The notes beneath the pieces were generated by a model that ran no database searches, was not told the DNA's origin, and saw only the letters and a list, made by a program, of their open reading frames with translations. The translations under genes and the position numbers were made by a program. Below, in pieces: positions 1 through 9,528 of a DNA stretch of 64,000 bases. The DNA comes from Fibrobacteria bacterium (GTDB lineage Bacteria > Fibrobacterota > Fibrobacteria > UBA11236 > JADFYW01): NCBI GenBank assembly GCA_050294405.1, contig JBNKOC010000024.1:32001-96000 (forward strand), written 5' to 3'. Each line of letters begins with the position of its first letter. Within the stretch, counting starts at the first letter, position 1.

Positions 1-2595
1 GCCATCATTTTTATAAGGCTTGATTTGTATGGTATAGTCCACAAAAACTTCAGTGGTGCGAAAACGATAGTGTTGACCCAGGCTATCTTCCCTATAGCCA
101 TTGGATAAAACATCATATAAATACTCAGTATCGGGCTCCAAATTATCCAAGGTTACGCTGTGGAAAAAAACCGTGGCTCCATTGTCATCTCCAACCTTTG
201 ATTGGCTTAGAGGTTCGGATTCGCCATATTGAACCTCACTGGTACTGGGCACATTCAAAGTCCACCATGTTACTTGGGCAGATTCATGGGTTTCATTACA
301 TACCCTAACATTGGAAAACTCAGGAGGGATGGCATTGTTAAGAGTGGTAAATTGATAAAGTTTGCCTTCATTGTCGTTTATGGATCGGTTATACCGGGAA
401 TCCATGGAAACAAAATAAAAGTAATAAGTGGTATTCGGAGTAAGCCCTGTGGCAATTTGAATTTTATTCAAGTCCAGTTCATGGTGGGGGTAGCGGAACA
501 ATACATTTCCACCTGGGGCATCCAAAATTATAAGGGTATCTCTGGAAATTTCCGACAATTGCCAGGTTATTGTCGCCTGGATATCTTCAGGAACAACCCT
601 TACATCAAGCATTTCAGGGCCTTGTGTATCGGGAGGCAAATCATTGGAAAGCATTAAAGAGGGCAATACCATTTGTGCAGAAAAATCTGTACAGGTTTCT
701 GTAAATGTCCATTCATCCCATTTGTCAATTAAATGTTTCTCAGGGTCAGCTCCACCCATAAGAGCTCCCTTTGGACAACGATATTCGTAGGGAATGCCTC
801 CGGCATTATAACCTTCGGGATTTGCAGCACGATTGTGGGGATGCTGTAAGTTTTTATCTCCGGTACCCATTAAAAAGCTAATATCCCAGGAATTTAGCCC
901 CAGATTATAATTCATGTTATCAATGCCAACTTCGTAATATTGATTTTCACCAGTTAAATCCCACATCATGAAAATGTCATTAACCAAGCCAAGATTATAG
1001 CGATTAAGTCCCCACTCGAATGAAGTAAATACAAGATTGTAAGGAGGGTGCACACCTATTCCAGGATAACTGGTCCTATCTGGCCCACCAGAACCGTCAA
1101 TCACACCACGTCGAATATTTTCCACAGCATCGATGTACAAAGAGTCCCGAACCACCGGGGTAATACCATAGTCCGCTGCAGTAGCATTGTCTTTTAAAAT
1201 TAATTTGGCCAAGGCATAAATAACATAGGCATTAACCTGTTCATAATCGGTAACCCAGCCACCGTGGTAAAAGGGATTTCGGCCTAATAGCCCTGTTGGA
1301 AATTCTCCCTGATTAAAACCGGCATTCGTAATGTTATCGCCCAGTTCAACATTATCCAATAAATCAAATTTATACTTGGGGTTTTTAGTAACAAACAAAA
1401 GCGATAGAGCTGCCATAGCTTCATCATCAAAAATTTGACCTCCACCAGGGTAACAACATGGCATAATGGTTGAAGAACCTCTTCGGGGGAGGATGATTTT
1501 ATCGTAAATTTCTGCCGCTGCAGCTACTAAGCTGTCTGCGTATTCGGGATCGTAAAAGCGCCAACCCCAAGAGAAAAAAGCCATAGTGGAAGCGTAAAGG
1601 CCAGCAACATTAGACCCAATTCCTGCTGTAACCGGCCTATCCGGGCCGCCTTTGGATTGAGGGTGCTGATCCTGGTGTTCTGGAACATCCCAAAGTTGAT
1701 GATCCTGTCCTGGCCCCATACCAACAGAGTGGTACATGTCGCCATTGTCTATAAGTCCCAGTTCTTTAGATACTTTATAAAGTTTGTATATGTAATCGGC
1801 TCCAACTTTGGCTTCCCATAATAAATCCGGAATTCCATCCGTGCCAAAGGGCAAAGTGTCATTGTATGAAGCCCCATAAAAATCCTCGGCTTTTTCGGGG
1901 AAAATAGCGTAGGTCAAACTTAACACCAAAGCCGCATAACCAAGAGTTTCGCTGTATTTTCCATGGTCTCCGCAATCGTGCCAACCTCCTGTAAGTCTAC
2001 CGGCATATTGGGCGCCCAAAGCAGAACCATCTTTTAAATGACAATCTTTATGGAACCAACTGTTAGTAGCTCCACAACGTTGGACCCCAAAAAATTTAAG
2101 GGAAGTTTCAAAAACCTGATTGTATATATTGGAATGAATGTAAAAAGTGGCCGAGGTATCAATACCATTGACCATATAGTAACGGCCAGGAGTGGTTAAC
2201 TGTGAAAAACTGGCCTGGTACAAGTTTTCGCCGGCCGGGTCCCGAGTCAAAACATAAATAGGCAAATCAGACTGGTAGTAGCCATGAATGCTCATCCCAC
2301 CGCCTACGAAGTTTCCCAAGCTGGTTAAATCTCCTGTATAGGCTACGCTGCCATTTTCCGCGTCAACCACCTGGAATGAAGTTCCATTTGGATTGGCAAC
2401 CACTCCTTTTTTATTTGTATCCTGAGGCCTATAGCCAGATTGATTCACACGGATTTTGCGAATATTCAAATTGGCGCTATCGTTTTGCGGCCGTGTACAC
2501 GTTTGGCAGGTATTATCTATCGATAGCTGAGCGCCCCCCGATTTTAGAAGTAGCAAGACTATCCAAACCCGCCCTAATAATAAGAGCTTTCCCAT
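1..2595 (-). CDS. Secreted glycoside hydrolase family 9 (N-terminal Ig-like domain, GH9 catalytic domain, C-terminal Fn3-like domains); 3' end runs off the window
   Basis: Not in the ORF track because there is no stop inside the window. Manual translation from ATG 2595 gives a signal peptide (MGKLLLLGRVWIVLLLL), IRVNQSGYRP, FFGVQRCG, GGWHDCGDHGKY, QHPHNR and TETCTDFSA, all in one frame, followed by Fn3-like HSVTLDNLEPDTEYLY. Confidence 0.88.
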   Translation of the reverse strand, partial: MGKLLLLGRVWIVLLLLKSGGAQLSIDNTCQTCTRPQNDSANLNIRKIRVNQSGYRPQDTNKKGVVANPNGTSFQVVDAENGSVAYTGDLTSLGNFVGGGMSIHGYYQSDLPIYVLTRDPAGENLYQASFSQLTTPGRYYMVNGIDTSATFYIHSNIYNQVFETSLKFFGVQRCGATNSWFHKDCHLKDGSALGAQYAGRLTGGWHDCGDHGKYSETLGYAALVLSLTYAIFPEKAEDFYGASYNDTLPFGTDGIPDLLWEAKVGADYIYKLYKVSKELGLIDNGDMYHSVGMGPGQDHQLWDVPEHQDQHPQSKGGPDRPVTAGIGSNVAGLYASTMAFFSWGWRFYDPEYADSLVAAAAEIYDKIILPRRGSSTIMPCCYPGGGQIFDDEAMAALSLLFVTKNPKYKFDLLDNVELGDNITNAGFNQGEFPTGLLGRNPFYHGGWVTDYEQVNAYVIYALAKLILKDNATAADYGITPVVRDSLYIDAVENIRRGVIDGSGGPDRTSYPGIGVHPPYNLVFTSFEWGLNRYNLGLVNDIFMMWDLTGENQYYEVGIDNMNYNLGLNSWDISFLMGTGDKNLQHPHNRAANPEGYNAGGIPYEYRCPKGALMGGADPEKHLIDKWDEWTFTETCTDFSAQMVLPSLMLSNDLPPDTQGPEMLDVRVVPEDIQATITWQLSEISRDTLIILDAPGGNVLFRYPHHELDLNKIQIATGLTPNTTYYFYFVSMDSRYNRSINDNEGKLYQFTTLNNAIPPEFSNVRVCNETHESAQVTWWTLNVPSTSEVQYGESEPLSQSKVGDDNGATVFFHSVTLDNLEPDTEYLYDVLSNGYREDSLGQHYRFRTTEVFVDYTIQIKPYKNDG

Positions 2596-2621
2596 TGCTT
2601 CAATTAGTGGGTTTCCCTACC

Positions 2622-4430
2622 CTATTGGTTCAGGTATAACTTACCCTTATAAACCCTGAGTTTTTGTCCATTTAGCTTAAAATTGGGGTTTTGAGGCAAT
2701 ATTCCGTTTTTGTAAAAAAAGGATTCTCCGGTTGCGCGAAAGTTTATCTGGTTATTTCCTAAGTATTTTTTATGGGACTTAATAGAGGAATTTGGCTCTC
2801 CGCTAGCATATTTGGCCAAGGCAAAAACCAAAGCTGCCTGCCAGTTGATGGCAATTTCATTGGTTTCGTAGCTTTCTTCTTCATCCACCCAATCTGTGGC
2901 GCTATGCCCTCCCCCAACAATATATCCAGGCCAGGGGTTATTAGTTCCATCAGCTCCCGACCTCCTGTCATGCGGACGCATTGGCGGTTCGTGGCCAATG
3001 CCGGTTATATAAGATCTACCATAATAATTAGCTCCAAATACATGAGCCAAGGAACTCAAAATGGTAGCGTTGTATTCGGCTTTGGGGCTTATTTTATTGG
3101 CAATATCAAGCGTAAGCGCCTGACGCATTAGAGAACCATTACATCCCCAGTTATATGATTTCCCTAAACTTCGGCCGTAGGCGTCTGAATTTGCAATATT
3201 GACCAAATTGTCCGCTTCGTCCAAAATTTCCTGCTTAATGTCTTCCAGTAGGCCATTATTTCTACCTTCCCGAGTGGAAAGAACATAACTAAACATTCCT
3301 AAATTTTTAACATTGCCCCAATCCCAAATACCATCAACTTTACTGTTTGAAGAAGAGGCGCGGTTCTCAAAATCGGTTAGGAAATCAGGCTCTCCTGTGG
3401 CTTCCCAAAGTTCTGCAGCCATCCATGTTCTGTCATCTCCATCCTGAGTCTGGTAGCCACCGGTGCTGAAATCAGCCAGGTCTGCGTTTTTATTTCCAGG
3501 GTTGGCGGCTAAAAAATTGTAGCTCCGTTTGGCTGCACTTAAACAACTGTCCGCGTACGCAGGTAAATAGGGTCTAAAACTTCGACTTGCCATAGCCAAA
3601 GCAGCGGCAAAAGAAGCTGTGGCAGCAGAACTCCAGTCGGTAAAGTAGCGGGTTTCTCTGTCCTCTTCAGGCATAATAAATGCCGAAAAGTTTAGCCGAG
3701 TTAACTTGTGAGAGACTTTTCCAGAACCATCAGGGTAGCTCATTTTAAGCAACCAATCTGTTTCCCATTTTATTTCTTTTAAGAATTCCGGTAAGTTCGG
3801 ATTTGTTTCGGGAAGATTAAGGGGAATTTCTTCCAACGACTCTCCATAGAGCTGCCAGGCCCATAACAAGTTTCCCAGGGTTACTCCCGCATTTACGGTG
3901 TATTTTCCATAGTCACCAGCATCATGCCAGCCCTGAGTCCCGTCTTTTCGGCCATTGCCGGTTACATATTCGAGATCCCCATCGGATAGATGGCATGCCT
4001 GAGCTTGAAACCGCTCTCCTTTATAATCACCGCTTACCGCAGTGCCGCAACGCCAAAGATAAAAGGCGCGCATGGCGGTTTGATACGGCTCCTGATAAAT
4101 GGAGTTATCAATTTTAAATGGAATGCTTCTTCCAACTCCAGGCACTTCCAAAATATATTCACCAGGTGTATTAAAATCTGAAAAGTCAACAGGATGTACG
4201 GTTTGTCCTACGTCTGATTGATTAACAGCAGGACCTACTGTTCCTTCATAAACGGAATTGCCGGAACCAGCTTCAAGTAAATTAAATTGATTCGCACTAG
4301 CAGATACATAGGCTCGCTTTGCAGCGTTTGGCATGTATCCCAATGAATTTATTTTAATTTCTGAATCCAAAGCAAGAAGCGCCTTTACTGCAACCAGGCC
4401 AAGCACTACTAAAATAGAGTTCAGAGGCAT
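2622..4430 (-). CDS. Secreted glycoside hydrolase family 9 endoglucanase (CelD-like Ig domain + GH9) with a short basic C-terminal tail
   Basis: INSLGY, LWRCG, GWHDAGDYGKY, RPHDRRS and YETNEIAINWQA are GH9 motifs; signal peptide present. Confidence 0.93.
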   Translation of the reverse strand: MPLNSILVVLGLVAVKALLALDSEIKINSLGYMPNAAKRAYVSASANQFNLLEAGSGNSVYEGTVGPAVNQSDVGQTVHPVDFSDFNTPGEYILEVPGVGRSIPFKIDNSIYQEPYQTAMRAFYLWRCGTAVSGDYKGERFQAQACHLSDGDLEYVTGNGRKDGTQGWHDAGDYGKYTVNAGVTLGNLLWAWQLYGESLEEIPLNLPETNPNLPEFLKEIKWETDWLLKMSYPDGSGKVSHKLTRLNFSAFIMPEEDRETRYFTDWSSAATASFAAALAMASRSFRPYLPAYADSCLSAAKRSYNFLAANPGNKNADLADFSTGGYQTQDGDDRTWMAAELWEATGEPDFLTDFENRASSSNSKVDGIWDWGNVKNLGMFSYVLSTREGRNNGLLEDIKQEILDEADNLVNIANSDAYGRSLGKSYNWGCNGSLMRQALTLDIANKISPKAEYNATILSSLAHVFGANYYGRSYITGIGHEPPMRPHDRRSGADGTNNPWPGYIVGGGHSATDWVDEEESYETNEIAINWQAALVFALAKYASGEPNSSIKSHKKYLGNNQINFRATGESFFYKNGILPQNPNFKLNGQKLRVYKGKLYLNQ

Positions 4431-4539
4431 AAGCTACCCCTTCCTTTAACAACCAATTTTTTAGTGTCATTCTGGCTAAAAGGGGTTTATTTTTTTTGAG
4501 GAATTGCCGACTATCCCCATTTTTAAGCAAATTCAGCCT

Positions 4540-7395
4540 TTATTCTAAGAGACACCTGATATAGAACCTGTTTGTGCTGAATTTGCTCAAGCCTGTTTGG
4601 ATATCATTGCAATACTCGCCAGATACGGTAAAGGTGGACATGGAGGAAAGATTCTGATCCACTGTACCGCCAAATGTGATCATTCTTCCAGGGGCTGTAT
4701 ATCCATTGTAATCATAAAAACCTCCGGGAATTGCTGAAAAGCCTGTTTGGTTTACCGGATCAATATTGCAATCTGGATTAGAATAAGTCCATTTGGCTCC
4801 AGGCGTATTTTCCACCAAAAAATAATCCGCAGTGGAAGAGCCGTAATTGCTAATTACATACTGGGACAAAGTGTTCCAATCCACATAATCGGGCGCTATC
4901 CAGCCTTCTGGACAAATATTAGTTTCGATCCCATTGGCATACAATCCATCGTTAGAATACATGCGTCCGTAAATGTCGCAATTTGGATTGCTGGTTTGGC
5001 CGCTTAAACTATCTCCATTGCACCAGGAATCATAACTTTCCGGCATATAATTTAAATTTTCCTGAAACCAGCATTGGGTGCCTATATTAACAGTCCCATA
5101 CATCTGGCCGTCTCGTTTATCCGTAAAATCGAAGCCACAGGTCCAGGGAAAATCCACTTCCAAAACTAAACTGCTGTCCACTCCAAATTTATTTTCGGCC
5201 ACAAAATAAATGGATATTTTAAAACCTGGCCGGGAAACGGTTATCCGTTCCCTCAAATCAGGATCTAAGCTTACCGGATTACAAATAATATTTTTATCAA
5301 ACTCATTGACATAACACAAACTGCTTCGGCTAATATTCGCACCGCCATTGCTTTGGATACTGCCAGAAGCTACAATTTCATTTCCTTCAATAACATGAGA
5401 AAAATTTCCCGGAATCGGAGGGCCAAAGGTGTTGGCTGAAGCGATATTTTCCGGCCCAGCCTCTCCGGCGGAATTCAATACAGTGATGTTGTATTCGTAT
5501 TGAGTATTGGGATCCAGGCCAACATCTGTAAAAGATGTGGAATTTTCAGGGAGAGAGGTGATTTCACTAAAATTTGCGCTACCGGCTAATCTTCGATATA
5601 TTTTATAGGAACTTTCGTACAAGTTATTGTCATCCCAGGAAATATATATGGACTCGTCGTCTACCGTATTGGCCGAAAAGTTTGTAATTGTAATTGGCAG
5701 GGGCAATTGAACTGTTAAATTAGCCCTTTGGCTTTTTACCTCTCCCCCTTCGTTCTTTACAATAACCTCAAAAAAGCTTCCGTCATCATCAAGGCTCAAA
5801 ACTTCTGTTTGGTAGGTGGAAGTGGTAGCATTTTGAATAACTATTCCATCCCTGTACCAGCTATAGCTTAAATTTTGTCCAGACGCTTCCACTTCAAAGG
5901 CTGCTTTTTTACCCACTTCCGTAGAAACATCGGTTGGCGGAGTGGTAATCTGGGGTTTGGGAACGGGAGAAATTATTACAGAATCTAAAGCCCAGCTTTC
6001 GCCGCTATTGTTAACAGCTTTCAGCCTATATACATAGCTTGAGTCAATGCTAAAATTTACATCAGAATAAGTTGAGGTATTTTCAGCTAAAGTAGCCAGC
6101 AAAAATTGATTATCCTGGCCCTGGGTATATCGATAAATCTGATAATTATCCTCGTATGAATTATTGTCATCCCAGGATAAAGCCAAAGAATCATTGCCTA
6201 ACAAGCTTCCCTTAAAGTTTGTTGGGTTTATTGGAGGGGGAAGTAATACGATAATTTCTGCCTGGTTGCTGGTTACCTCTCCCCCATCGTTAAACACCAC
6301 AACCTCAAAAAGACTGCCGCTCTCCTCTAAACTGAGAATTGGAGTTTGGTAGCTGGCGGTGGCGGCACCCTCAATGAGAACATCAGTATTATACCATTGA
6401 TATTGCAAATCATCACCCACAGCTTCCACACTAAAAGATGCTTTTTCACCTGCAAATACGGTATCAGATTTTGGCTGAGTTACAATTTTAGGAATAGCTG
6501 TGGGAATAGTTGTTTCCTCTGTAACCCTTAAAAGCGCCGAAGTGGAATAAACAGTATCCCAGGGATTATACGCCATTGCATAAACAACAGCAGAATCCAT
6601 ATCTATATTTGAAGAAAGGCTATAAATGCTTTTGTCTTCGTCTTCTTGTAAAACAGAGTCAAGATACCAGGCGTAAGATACAGATTTTCCATCGGCCTCC
6701 ACTTCAAAGCTGGCAACTTCTCCATTTAATACGGACAGATTTTTTGGGTCCTCGGTAATTTCTATTCGCAAGATATTGTCGGTATCGGTAACAGTTACAT
6801 AGGCTGTATCCCGTAAATCATCATTAAGTTTGGCAAAAACCATAACCTGCCCCTTGGAAATAGGTTTTACTAAGCCTTCGTTGCCCACCTCTGCTATATC
6901 GGGATTTTCTGAGCTCCAAATTGCGATTTGATTATTGGCAGTGGGAAAAACTTTTAATAAAAGTTGCTGCGGTTCTCCCGATACATCCAAAGAAAATTGG
7001 GCAGGAAAAATTTCAATTTTTGGAGCAATGGTTAATTGGTTGCTGGAATAATTATAATGGTAGCTGGATTCATCCAGTAAATTACCTTCTGAATCGAATT
7101 GCTTTATTTTTAATGTAATGGATTTTTTTTCCATTTCGGAAGCCCAAGGACCCTCTGAAAATTTACCCTGGTAAATCACTTTTTCTTTTCCGGAATTATC
7201 CACAAGGGATACTTCAATAGAATCCGTTTCTGGATACAAAGCCTCAGGATTGGGGTTATTAAAATCCACCCGAACTTTGCCCTCATCGCTGACGATTTCA
7301 CAGCTGGACAAAAAACTAAAGGTTAAGCAGCTAATTGCAACTATTAACAAATTTCTAAACATTTTCGACCGCCCAGGTTTGGAAATGATACGCAC
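4540..7395 (-). CDS. Surface lipoprotein with Big2/Ig and Fn3 repeats and a C-terminal FISUMP (Fib_succ_major)-like domain
   Basis: Lipobox FLSSC; repeated Ig (PKIVTQP...YQWY) and Fn3 (LSWDDNNSYE) modules; C-terminal FTDKRDGQMYGTVNIGTQCWFQENLNY...YGRMY...ICPEGW...GFSAIPGG...IRCL. The true start may be the Met of MFRNLL. Confidence 0.85.
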   Translation of the reverse strand: MRIISKPGRSKMFRNLLIVAISCLTFSFLSSCEIVSDEGKVRVDFNNPNPEALYPETDSIEVSLVDNSGKEKVIYQGKFSEGPWASEMEKKSITLKIKQFDSEGNLLDESSYHYNYSSNQLTIAPKIEIFPAQFSLDVSGEPQQLLLKVFPTANNQIAIWSSENPDIAEVGNEGLVKPISKGQVMVFAKLNDDLRDTAYVTVTDTDNILRIEITEDPKNLSVLNGEVASFEVEADGKSVSYAWYLDSVLQEDEDKSIYSLSSNIDMDSAVVYAMAYNPWDTVYSTSALLRVTEETTIPTAIPKIVTQPKSDTVFAGEKASFSVEAVGDDLQYQWYNTDVLIEGAATASYQTPILSLEESGSLFEVVVFNDGGEVTSNQAEIIVLLPPPINPTNFKGSLLGNDSLALSWDDNNSYEDNYQIYRYTQGQDNQFLLATLAENTSTYSDVNFSIDSSYVYRLKAVNNSGESWALDSVIISPVPKPQITTPPTDVSTEVGKKAAFEVEASGQNLSYSWYRDGIVIQNATTSTYQTEVLSLDDDGSFFEVIVKNEGGEVKSQRANLTVQLPLPITITNFSANTVDDESIYISWDDNNLYESSYKIYRRLAGSANFSEITSLPENSTSFTDVGLDPNTQYEYNITVLNSAGEAGPENIASANTFGPPIPGNFSHVIEGNEIVASGSIQSNGGANISRSSLCYVNEFDKNIICNPVSLDPDLRERITVSRPGFKISIYFVAENKFGVDSSLVLEVDFPWTCGFDFTDKRDGQMYGTVNIGTQCWFQENLNYMPESYDSWCNGDSLSGQTSNPNCDIYGRMYSNDGLYANGIETNICPEGWIAPDYVDWNTLSQYVISNYGSSTADYFLVENTPGAKWTYSNPDCNIDPVNQTGFSAIPGGFYDYNGYTAPGRMITFGGTVDQNLSSMSTFTVSGEYCNDIQTGLSKFSTNRFYIRCLLE

Positions 7396-7519
7396 AAAAT
7401 TTGCACAATGAAAATATGCCTTGCCTCAAGACATATCTCAAATATGTGAATAAATTAATTTTGTATCTAGACTTGGCGATTGCAAAGTGTTTAAAAATTT
7501 TAAATTTGGCGGAGTCCGA

Positions 7520-8257
7520 TTACATTCCCTCCACCATCCTTACATCCACTCCCTTTAAGTCTTTTAGCAAAGCACTTAATTCCGTCTTGTCCGTTTTTCC
7601 TGTGTGGTAAGGAAATAAAATTTTTGGTTTTATAGCATAGACTAAATCCGCAACCATTTCCGGAGTCATTGTATAAGGAAGATTCATTGGCAAAAAGGCA
7701 GCGTACAGTTCATTTAACTCCTTCAGTTCCGGAATATTTTCTGTGTCTCCGGCAACCAGAATTTTGGAATCTCCAAAGCTGAACAGATAACCGTTCCCAT
7801 CCCCTTTTGGATGAAAAAATTCTCCGTTATCCCGCTTGTGAATAAGGTTGTAGGCAGGCAATGCCTTGAAACTGAATTTCCCCATGTTAACTTCATCATA
7901 ATTTTTGAGAGCATTGGCCTTTTTTAAAACTGCTGCCCCAGCTGGGTTGGAATAGATTTTAGTGGATTCTTTTTGTATTTGCTTGATGGCTTCCATGTCC
8001 AAATGGTCTGGATGAGCATGAGTTATTAAAATAACATCGGCCCTGGGAAGTTTGCTGTAGTCTGCCTTTTTAGACCAGGGGTCAATATGAATGACCTGTT
8101 TATTAAATTCAAAAATCAATGAAGCATGGCCGATAAAATGTATGGTTAAAGGTCCCGCCTTAGTTTCTAATTTTTCTGTTTTGAGTTGGCCAAAAGCACT
8201 CCAGATAGCGACTAACAAAAGAACTGCGGTATTTTTAATTTTTATTTTCCCGGTCAT
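7520..8257 (-). CDS. MBL-fold metallo-hydrolase (UPF0173/UlaG-like), exported
   Basis: GHAS, HIDP, THAHPDHLD, AGDT and PYH motifs; signal peptide. Confidence 0.88.
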   Translation of the reverse strand: MTGKIKIKNTAVLLLVAIWSAFGQLKTEKLETKAGPLTIHFIGHASLIFEFNKQVIHIDPWSKKADYSKLPRADVILITHAHPDHLDMEAIKQIQKESTKIYSNPAGAAVLKKANALKNYDEVNMGKFSFKALPAYNLIHKRDNGEFFHPKGDGNGYLFSFGDSKILVAGDTENIPELKELNELYAAFLPMNLPYTMTPEMVADLVYAIKPKILFPYHTGKTDKTELSALLKDLKGVDVRMVEGM

Positions 8258-8274
8258 AAACTTAGCTCCTGTTT

Positions 8275-9435
8275 TTAATCTTTCTTTAAGAAACGTTTGA
8301 ATCCCAAAGGTGTGGGGAACTTAAATACCACCCAGTAAGAGCTTAGAATCAAAGTCAAAATAGTAACATATTGCAATAGCTGGAAGGCTTTGTTCCCGAT
8401 AAGGCTGGCGTTTAAACACAACATCCCAAATATTAAACTAAACTCGCTAGCCTGACCCAATCTCACCCCCATTTCCCAGTGGTGGTCCGATGGTTCACGA
8501 AAGGCTTTAAAACACAATTTGAACACATAGGGCTTTAACAGTATAATCAATAAGCTAATTACCACTGCTGGCAGAATTAAAGGCTTTGATTCCCAAATAT
8601 TTATACGTGCGCCAAGGGTAAAAAAGAATAACACTAAAAAGAAATCCCTAAAAAACTTTAACCCTTCGGATAAAAACGTGCTTATGGGATTATTGGCCAG
8701 GGCAACACCAGCTATAAAAGCTCCCATTTCAGGGCTTAATCCAATTTTTCCGGCTATAACGGCAAGGGAAAAACACCAGGCCAGAGTCATCAAAAATAAA
8801 ACTTCGTGGTAGTGGCTCAAATGCTTGAATATTATACGAAGCGCCCACTTTTCAAAAGCCAAAGCAAAAACAATTAAGATCACCCCAAGGGCAATAATAT
8901 AAAACCAATATAAAAAGTTGTTTGATATTCCCGCGCTTGCTATTAACATACAGCTAACGGCAATAACATCTTGCAGCACCAAAATCGCGATTAAAGTTGC
9001 TCCCGTTTGTTTTTGATGAAGGGTTGTAGTGGGTAAAAGCTTTACCACTAAAATGGTGCTGGAAAACATAAAGCCAAGACCAATAAACACAGAATCTGTG
9101 TTGCTAAAGCCGAATAATTTCGCGGAAAACCCAAATACTAAAGCAAATATAAGGCTGCTAATTAATGTCGTAGGAAAACTGATTTTAAAAAGAGTTTTAA
9201 CTCTTTTGGGATGGAGGGTAATTCCCGCCAAAAATAAAAGCAAAGTCACACCCAAGCTGGAAATATTATCAATGAATTCCAGGTTCGACACCAATTTAAA
9301 ACCCCAGGGGCCTAATAAAAAACCAGCTAAAATATAAGCCAGTATCAAAGGTTGTTTGCTTAATATGGAAAGCCAGGCCAGCGTAGAAGAGGCTACAACC
9401 ACAATGGACAAATCAAGAAAGAAGCTATGATCCAT
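8275..9435 (-). CDS. Cation:proton antiporter (CPA2, Kef-type membrane domain only)
   Basis: About 12 hydrophobic segments; GFLLGPWG, FSSTILVVKLL, LVLQD, GAFIAGVAL and GQASEFS motifs. Confidence 0.88.
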   Translation of the reverse strand: MDHSFFLDLSIVVVASSTLAWLSILSKQPLILAYILAGFLLGPWGFKLVSNLEFIDNISSLGVTLLLFLAGITLHPKRVKTLFKISFPTTLISSLIFALVFGFSAKLFGFSNTDSVFIGLGFMFSSTILVVKLLPTTTLHQKQTGATLIAILVLQDVIAVSCMLIASAGISNNFLYWFYIIALGVILIVFALAFEKWALRIIFKHLSHYHEVLFLMTLAWCFSLAVIAGKIGLSPEMGAFIAGVALANNPISTFLSEGLKFFRDFFLVLFFFTLGARINIWESKPLILPAVVISLLIILLKPYVFKLCFKAFREPSDHHWEMGVRLGQASEFSLIFGMLCLNASLIGNKAFQLLQYVTILTLILSSYWVVFKFPTPLGFKRFLKKD

Positions 9436-9528
9436 AAAACCTTTTGGGGATTAAACCATTAAAAATAAGAAATTAGCCTCTCCAGGGAAATTCAAAAATT
9501 TTATGGAACCAAACTCAAATGTATATTT

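Noticed and set aside
229..2639. ORF-track entries 229..657 (+), 1527..1745 (-) and 2376..2639 (+)
   Set aside because: They are antisense or out-of-frame shadows of the long GH9 frame (2595 to <1), which carries clear family motifs.
4540..5170. Diversity-generating retroelement target in the FISUMP-like tip domain
   Set aside because: No reverse transcriptase and no template-repeat copy seen in the window.
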